Under the pieces are notes generated by a model that had not been told where the DNA came from, did no database searches, and saw only the letters and a program-made list of their open reading frames with translations. Shown here one piece after another: positions 58,859 to 64,000 of a stretch of DNA of 64,000 nucleotides. The stretch is from Candidatus Limnocylindria bacterium (GTDB lineage Bacteria > Chloroflexota > Limnocylindria > QHBO01). Position 1 is the first letter of the stretch, and each line of letters starts with the position of its first letter. The DNA lies in contig DASWIE010000030.1 in NCBI GenBank assembly GCA_036397815.1, positions 3,272 to 67,271 of the forward strand, read 5' to 3'. A program made the position numbers and the translations under genes.

Positions 58859-59394
58859 GCTCGCTGCGGGTCGTGCCCTCCGCCGAGCTCAGCGCTGCCG
58901 AGTGGTCGACGCTGACCGACCTCTGCGTGGCCGCATTCAACGAGCCCTGGGATAGTTACTGGGAGGACATCGGTCCAGGCGTCCACGTGCTGGCCGAAGA
59001 CCCGGAGCGCGGCATCCTGGCCCACGCCGCGATCGTCGACCGGCTGCTCTATCCGGGCGACGCTGTCCTGCGGGCCGGCTACGTCGAGGCGGTCGCCGTG
59101 TGGCCGGACCTCCAGCGCACCGGCCTCGGCACGCGGGTGATGGAGGTCATCGACCGCATAGTCGACGAGCGATACGAGCTCGGCGCGCTGGGGACCGGCA
59201 GCCAGCCGTTCTACGCCCGCCTCGGCTGGGTCGTCTGGCAGGGTCCCACCTGGATCCGCAACCGGGACGGCACACTCGAGCGGTCGCCGGACGAAGACGG
59301 CGGCATCATGGTCCGCATCACGCCACGGACACCGCGCGGGCTCGACCTGGCTCTGCCGATAGCCGTCGACTGGCGCCCCGGCGAGGTCTGGTAG
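58855..59394 (+). CDS. GNAT acetyltransferase resembling aminoglycoside 2'-N-acetyltransferase AAC(2')
   Basis: 179 aa. AHAAIVDRLLYPGDAVLRAGYVEAVAV, YELGALGTGSQPFYARLGWVVWQGPTWI, DEDGGIMV and C-terminal DWRPGEVW align with the AAC(2')-I pattern as recalled ([27 protein letters not shown] ... CDWRAGDVW). ATGA overlap with the upstream gene. Confidence 0.6.
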   Translation: MSSLRVVPSAELSAAEWSTLTDLCVAAFNEPWDSYWEDIGPGVHVLAEDPERGILAHAAIVDRLLYPGDAVLRAGYVEAVAVWPDLQRTGLGTRVMEVIDRIVDERYELGALGTGSQPFYARLGWVVWQGPTWIRNRDGTLERSPDEDGGIMVRITPRTPRGLDLALPIAVDWRPGEVW

Positions 59395-59457
59395 GGCCGG
59401 GACTGAGCTCGCGGTACAATCGGGGCTCCCCAGCAGATACGAGGACTGTGCCAGCGC

Positions 59458-62442
59458 ATGGCCGGAACCACCCGCAAGCGTGTAGCGAAGCCGAAGGCCG
59501 CCACGAAGCCCGCTGCATCCACGGCGGCCGCTGAGGCATCGGCTCCGCCAGTCGCCCCCACCGGCCAGCTAATCTACACCTTCGCGGAGGGCAACGCCCA
59601 GATGCGCGCGCTCCTGGGAGGAAAGGGCGCGGGCCTTGCCGAGATGACCAAGGCGGGCCTGCCGGTGCCTCCCGGCTTCACGATCACGACCGAGGCCTGC
59701 AACGCCTACTACGCCGCGGGCAAGGAGCTGCCGCCCGGCCTGTGGGACGACGTGCTGGCGCACATGGCGGAGCTGGAGCGGGAGACCGGCAAGGGCTTCG
59801 GTGACCCGAACAACCCGCTCCTCGTCAGCGTTCGTTCCGGGGCGGCGTTCTCGATGCCCGGCATGATGGACACGGTCCTCAACCTGGGACTCAACGAGCA
59901 CACCGTGGCCGGCCTCATCGAGCTGACCGGCAACGAGCGCTTCGGCTATGACGCCTGGCGCCGCTTCATCGCCATGTTCGGGCGCATCGTGCTCGACATC
60001 CCGGCCAGCGAATTCGACGAGCCGTTCGACGCGCTCAAGGAGCTGCGCGGCGCCAAGCTCGACACCGACGTGTCCGCGGAGGATCTGCGCGAGATCGCGG
60101 ACACCTATCGGGAGGTCGTGCGCACGCACACCGGCGAGCATTTCCCGACGGATCCGTACAGGCAGCTGGAGCTGGCCACCCGCGCGGTCTTCGACAGCTG
60201 GTTCGGCAAGCGCGCCCACGACTACCGCGAGTTCAACAAGATCCCGCACGACCTGGGCACCGCGGTGAGCGTGGTGACCATGGTCTTCGGCAACATGGGG
60301 ACCGATTCGGGGACCGGCGTCGCCTTCACGCGCGACCCGAACACCGGGGCGAAGGAGCTGTACGGCGAGTACCTGACCAACGCCCAGGGCGAGGACGTGG
60401 TGGCCGGCATCCGGACGCCGGCCAAGATCAGCCACATGCGCGACGAGCTGCCGGAGGTCTACGGCGAGTTCACCGCCATCGCGGAGCGCCTGGAGCGGCA
60501 TTACCGCGACGTGCAGGACCTGGAGTTCACCATCGAGCGCGGCAAGCTGTACATGCTCCAGACCCGCTCAGCAAAGCGCACCGCGCCGGCCGCGGTGAAG
60601 ATCGCGGTCGACATGGCCAACGAGGGCATCCTGAGCAGGGAGGAGGCTCTGCAGCGGGTCGATCCCGCGCAGATCGTCCAGCTCCTGCTGCCGCGCTTCG
60701 ACGAGGCGGCCAAAGCCAAGGTGCAGGACCGCTTCCTGGCCAAGGGCCTGAACGCTTCACCCGGCGCCGCCACCGGCAAGGCGATCTTCGACCCGGATCG
60801 CGCGGTCGAGGCCAAGACGGCCGGCGACCCCGTGATCCTGGTCCGGATCGAGACCAGTCCGGACGACGTGCACGGCATGCTGGCCGCCCGGGGCGTGCTG
60901 ACCGCTCGCGGCGGCGCCACCAGCCATGCGGCTGTGGTGGCGCGCTCCATGGGCCTGCCCTGCGTTGCCGGGGCCGAGTCGCTGCTCATCGACTACGCCG
61001 AGCGGACCATGCGTGCCGGAGGCGTCACCGTCAAAGAGGGCGAGATGATCAGCATCGACGGCACCACCGGCGAGATCTACGCCGGCGAGCTGCCGACCAT
61101 CGAGGCCCGCTTCGAGGACGAGCACGACCTGGCCACCCTTCTCGAATGGGCCGATGCGGTGCGCCGCCTGCAGGTCTGGGCCAACGCCGACTATCCGCGC
61201 GACGCGGAGCGCGCTCGCGCCTTCGGCGCGCAGGGCATCGGGCTGTGCCGAACCGAGCACATGTTCTTCGAGGAGGAGCGGCTGCCGACGGTGCAGCGCA
61301 TGATCCTGAACGCCACGCGCGCCACCGAGGCCAAGCGCCGGCGGGACGCCGGCGCGGAGCTGGATGCCGACGACCGCGAGGCGGTGGAGGTCTTCGACGC
61401 CGCACTGGCCGAGCTTGAAACCGCCCAGACCGATGATTTCGCCGGCCTCTTCCGTGCCATGGACGGCCTGCCGGTCGTGATCCGCCTGATCGACCCGCCG
61501 CTCCACGAGTTCCTTCCGTCTCACGACGAGCTGCTGGTCGACGTCACGCGGCTGCGCACCATCCTCGAGACCGACGGCGCCAACCGGCTCGATGCTGGCA
61601 TCGTCCAGCAGGGGCTGGTGAAGCTGTTCGGCAAGAAGGACGCGGCGCGCGCGATGCGGAAGCTGCGGCTCTCCGGACCCGAGGCGGAAGGGAATGGAGT
61701 CGATCGGTCCAAGCTGGAGAGGGATCTGGCCGAGAAGGAGGAGCTGCTCGCCGCCGTCGAGGCGATGCGCGAGCAGAACCCGATGCTCGGCATGCGCGGC
61801 TGCCGCCTGGGGCTGCTGATCCCGGACATCGTCCGCATGCAGACCCGGGCCATCCTGGCCGGGGCGACGCGGGTGGCAGCCGAGGGGATCACCCCGCTGC
61901 CCGAGATCATGATCCCCCTCGTCGGCCACGTGAACGAGCTGGCCGAGACGCGACGCGTGCTCGAGGCCGAGGTCGCCCGCATCGTGATGGAGACCGGCCA
62001 GCAGGTGCGCTACAAGTTCGGGACCATGATCGAGGTGCCGCGCGGCGCGCTCACCGCCGACGAGATCGCGAAGCACGCCGAGTTCTTCAGCTTCGGCACC
62101 AACGACCTGACCCAGATGACCTTCGGGTTCTCGCGCGACGACGCGGAGGGCAAGTTCTTGCTCCAGTACGTCGACCGCAAGATCCTGCCGGAGAACCCGT
62201 TCCAGGTCCTGGATCGCGACGGGGTGGGGCAGCTGGTGCGCCTGGCGACCGAACGGGGCCGCAAGACGCGCAAGAACCTCAAGGTCGGCATCTGCGGCGA
62301 GCACGGCGGCGATCCGGCGAGCATCGCCTTCTGCCACGAGGTGGGGCTGGACTACGTCTCCTGCTCGCCGTTCCGCGTCCCTGTCGCGCGCCTTGCCGCC
62401 GCCCAGGCGGCGATCAGCGGAGCCGAGGCCCGCGACAAGTAA
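59458..62442 (+). CDS. ppdK: Pyruvate, phosphate dikinase with an N-terminal Lys/Ala-rich extension of about 30 aa
   Basis: IYTFAEGNAQMRALLGGKGAGLAEM, phospho-His region GGATSHAAVVARSMGLPCV, C-terminal PEP-utilising TIM barrel (CGEHGGDP.S). Confidence 0.95.
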   Translation: MAGTTRKRVAKPKAATKPAASTAAAEASAPPVAPTGQLIYTFAEGNAQMRALLGGKGAGLAEMTKAGLPVPPGFTITTEACNAYYAAGKELPPGLWDDVLAHMAELERETGKGFGDPNNPLLVSVRSGAAFSMPGMMDTVLNLGLNEHTVAGLIELTGNERFGYDAWRRFIAMFGRIVLDIPASEFDEPFDALKELRGAKLDTDVSAEDLREIADTYREVVRTHTGEHFPTDPYRQLELATRAVFDSWFGKRAHDYREFNKIPHDLGTAVSVVTMVFGNMGTDSGTGVAFTRDPNTGAKELYGEYLTNAQGEDVVAGIRTPAKISHMRDELPEVYGEFTAIAERLERHYRDVQDLEFTIERGKLYMLQTRSAKRTAPAAVKIAVDMANEGILSREEALQRVDPAQIVQLLLPRFDEAAKAKVQDRFLAKGLNASPGAATGKAIFDPDRAVEAKTAGDPVILVRIETSPDDVHGMLAARGVLTARGGATSHAAVVARSMGLPCVAGAESLLIDYAERTMRAGGVTVKEGEMISIDGTTGEIYAGELPTIEARFEDEHDLATLLEWADAVRRLQVWANADYPRDAERARAFGAQGIGLCRTEHMFFEEERLPTVQRMILNATRATEAKRRRDAGAELDADDREAVEVFDAALAELETAQTDDFAGLFRAMDGLPVVIRLIDPPLHEFLPSHDELLVDVTRLRTILETDGANRLDAGIVQQGLVKLFGKKDAARAMRKLRLSGPEAEGNGVDRSKLERDLAEKEELLAAVEAMREQNPMLGMRGCRLGLLIPDIVRMQTRAILAGATRVAAEGITPLPEIMIPLVGHVNELAETRRVLEAEVARIVMETGQQVRYKFGTMIEVPRGALTADEIAKHAEFFSFGTNDLTQMTFGFSRDDAEGKFLLQYVDRKILPENPFQVLDRDGVGQLVRLATERGRKTRKNLKVGICGEHGGDPASIAFCHEVGLDYVSCSPFRVPVARLAAAQAAISGAEARDK

Positions 62443-62452
62443 TACCCCGCCC

Positions 62453-62473
62453 GCGCCCTCAGGGCGAGGGCGT
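62453..62473. terminator. GC-rich hairpin (CGCCCTC-agggc-GAGGGCG) between convergent ppdK and the anti-sigma gene; candidate bidirectional terminator
   Basis: A 7-bp stem read from the sequence. There is no U-tract and it overlaps the anti-sigma stop codon. Confidence 0.25.
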
Positions 62474-63151
62474 CGGCGATGGCGTGGGCGTCTCGGTGAG
62501 AGTGGGCGTGGGGGTCGGCGAGGGCGTGGGCGTCTCCGACTCCGACGGTGTTGGCGTGGGGCTCCCGGTCGGGGTCGTGCCCGATGCGCTCGGCGTCACG
62601 GATGCGGATGGGCTCGCCGACACCGTCGGGCGCGGCGTGACGGGACGCGGCGCCGGGCCCGGTTGGATGAGCGGTGGCGAGGTCGGCGGCGGCGTCGGGG
62701 CAGCGGTCCCGGCGGGTTCCATCGACGAGGTCGATGCGGCCGATCCTTCTGCGCTCGGAGGCTGCGAGGACTCTCCCGTGCCGCCCAAGACGGCCTGGCC
62801 CGGCGTCTCGCCGGCGTTCGCGTCCACCCGGTCGGCCAGGCCCTGCAGGTCCATCATCCGCCAGGTCGCCAGCCCGATGAGCGTCGCGGCGACCGTCACG
62901 CCGGCGAAGGCAGCCGCGAATCGCCCAGCGCGACGGAGGGTGGTGACCGGCCGTCGGGCACCCGCCAGCGAGGGCGGCATGGTTGCTCGACCCGGATCGA
63001 TCGATGTGAGCAGATCCAGCGCGCTGATCCGTGCCGTGCAGGCGGCGCAGAGCGACGCATGCAGCGCAAGGTCGCGTGCCGGCTCGCCCCGCGCTCCGGT
63101 GAGCAGCCATTGGTCGAAGCGCTCGTGCGGATCCGCGGCGCGCCTGGTCAT
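62459..63151 (-). CDS. Zinc-binding anti-sigma factor (ZAS-type) with a TM helix and a Pro/Thr/Ser-rich extracytoplasmic tail
   Basis: HASLCAACTARI matches the H...C..C motif, followed by TM FAAAFAGVTVAATLIGLATW and a tail of PTPSPTPTP-type repeats. Its start overlaps the sigma gene stop. Confidence 0.75.
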   Translation of the reverse strand: MTRRAADPHERFDQWLLTGARGEPARDLALHASLCAACTARISALDLLTSIDPGRATMPPSLAGARRPVTTLRRAGRFAAAFAGVTVAATLIGLATWRMMDLQGLADRVDANAGETPGQAVLGGTGESSQPPSAEGSAASTSSMEPAGTAAPTPPPTSPPLIQPGPAPRPVTPRPTVSASPSASVTPSASGTTPTGSPTPTPSESETPTPSPTPTPTLTETPTPSPTPSP

Positions 63152-63819
63152 CGAGCGACGCCCGTGGGCGCGCCCATCGCGCGATCGGCGACCTCGCGAA
63201 TCCTGTCACCCAGCTCGCCACCTGGCGTATCGACCAGCTCCTGCGGATTCGCCGTCGCCATGACGGCGGCCAGGTATCGCTGCCGGGCACGCGCCACCGT
63301 CCGCAGGCTCGACCCGGTTGGCATCCCCAGGATCGTCTCCACGTCGATCGGATCGAAACGTTCGACCGTCGAGGCCACGAGCGCGGCGCGGGGCACGATG
63401 GGCAGCGCGGCAAGCCCGTCGAAGACGGGGTCCGCAGCTCCCAGGCCGCGCAGGGCCGCACGCCGCTCGCGATCCCATGGACCGGCACGCGGCCGAGATC
63501 CACGGCGGAGCCGGCGAAGGACGCGGGCCCGCAGCCAGGCGGCGGCCCGCTCGGGATGCCGCAGCTCGGCGGAGCGCCGGACTCCCTCCTCGAGTGCCCC
63601 GGTGGCGGCCCTCGCCGCGCGCGGCCGGTCGCCAAGCGAGACGAGCAGCGCGAATCCGTGCAGCCGCGCGCCGTGGATGTCACGGAACGCGGCGCGGCGC
63701 AGGGTCGGTTCGCGCAGATCGAGCGGTGGCGGTGGGGCGCGCGTGATGGGTCCTCCGGTGGGGAGCGGTGCGGTGCGGCCGGGTCAGCCGTGTGGAGTGT
63801 AGAACCCGCGTCCAGCCAT
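63148..63819 (-). CDS. ECF (sigma-70 family) sigma factor whose reading frame is interrupted by an in-frame TGA 11 codons after an RBS-preceded ATG; possible pseudogene or readthrough
   Basis: Manual translation of the minus strand gives region 2 (..FRDIHGARLHGFALLVSLGD...HPERAAAWLRARVLRRLRR) and region 4 (LAALP..PRAALVASTVERFDPIDVETILGMPTGSSLRTVARARQ). GGGAGG-N10-ATG at 63819 is followed by MAGRGFYTPHG-TGA(63786..63784), then the sigma domains in frame. No ATG/GTG/TTG occurs in the next 129 codons, so the track shows only the 82-aa tail ORF 63148..63396. Confidence 0.5.
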
Positions 63820-63847
63820 GGGCGACCCGCCTCCCGGTCGCCTGGCA

Positions 63848-63858
63848 CCCATCGGTCC
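63848..63858 (+). repeat. Copy D of the dispersed motif core CCCATCGGTCC, in the divergent region between the ECF sigma gene and a downstream + strand gene
   Basis: Exact 11-nt core. It lies 29 nt upstream of the sigma ATG on the opposite strand and about 97 nt upstream of the ATG at 63955. Confidence 0.5.
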
Positions 63859-63873
63859 GTGGAGGGGCCAACC

Positions 63874-63922
63874 TTGACAATGTGGTAAAATCAAGGCCCG
63901 CCCATTGACAAACCCCTTGACA
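63874..63922 (+). promoter_or_regulatory. AT-richer promoter region with three TTGACAA heptamers (63874, 63905, 63917) and an extended -10-like TGGTAAAAT (63883-63891)
   Basis: Read directly from the sequence; the spacing does not fit a single canonical -35/-10 pair. Confidence 0.3.
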
Positions 63923-63954
63923 AGCCGAACCAGTCGGCAGGACCTGCCACCCGT

Positions 63955-64000
63955 ATGACCTCCTCAGGCATCACCGCCGAGATCAAGTCCAAGCTGCCCG
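63955..64000 (+). CDS. 5' end of an unidentified gene (MTSSGITAEIKSKLP...), truncated by the window edge
   Basis: ATG after the promoter-like region; too short to classify. Confidence 0.3.
   Translation, partial: MTSSGITAEIKSKLP

Noticed and set aside
63874-63891. TTGACA ... TAAAAT as a simple -35/-10 pair
   Set aside because: The spacing between the hexamers is only 6 nt. It was reinterpreted as an extended -10 plus separate TTGACAA repeats.

Overview
This window is a high-GC (about 70%) bacterial chromosomal segment carrying the conserved translation/transcription core on the + strand, with gene calls made by eye from translated ORFs. In order it contains rplJ (3' end), rplL, rpoB and rpoC; then the str operon (rpsL-rpsG-fusA-tuf) with only a 4-nt gap before the S10-spc-alpha ribosomal operons (rpsJ through rplQ, including secY-adk-map-infA-rpmJ-rpsM-rpsK-rpsD-rpoA); then truA-rplM-rpsI and directly cdaA-cdaR-glmM-glmS. 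Downstream are acpS-nnr-alr, an eight-gene translationally coupled cluster of uncharacterised proteins (39.1-45.8 kb: macro-like, membrane proteins, ASKHA-like ATPase, KOW-containing protein), and tsaE-tsaB-rimI-tsaD-rsmA-ispE-ridA-glmU with a CBS/CorC transporter. On the minus strand there is a convergent polyprenyl diphosphate synthase. This is followed by recO-glyQS behind a 300-nt leader, a methyltransferase-TPR-HTH-AAC(2')-like GNAT operon, ppdK, and a convergent ECF sigma / zinc anti-sigma pair. Every gene from 1 to 53.5 kb is on the + strand, and most junctions are stop/start overlaps (ATGA, GTGA) or under 20 nt. No rRNA, tRNA, CRISPR or mobile elements were seen. Lineage-specific features include a beta-prime insertion, a Zn-ribbon uL24, a 278-aa uL15 with a repetitive acidic tail, and Ala/Pro-rich tails on uS3/uS5. 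These, with cdaA-cdaR-glmM, suggest a Terrabacteria-type organism (possibly Chloroflexota- or Deinococcota-like), but the lineage is not resolved. The most unusual signals are the uncharacterised eight-gene operon, an 11-nt motif CCCATCGGTCC recurring in four intergenic regions, and an ECF sigma gene whose RBS-preceded ATG is followed by an in-frame TGA. Many long opposite-strand ORFs in the track are GC artefacts. Fine coordinates of short motifs may be off by 1-2 nt.
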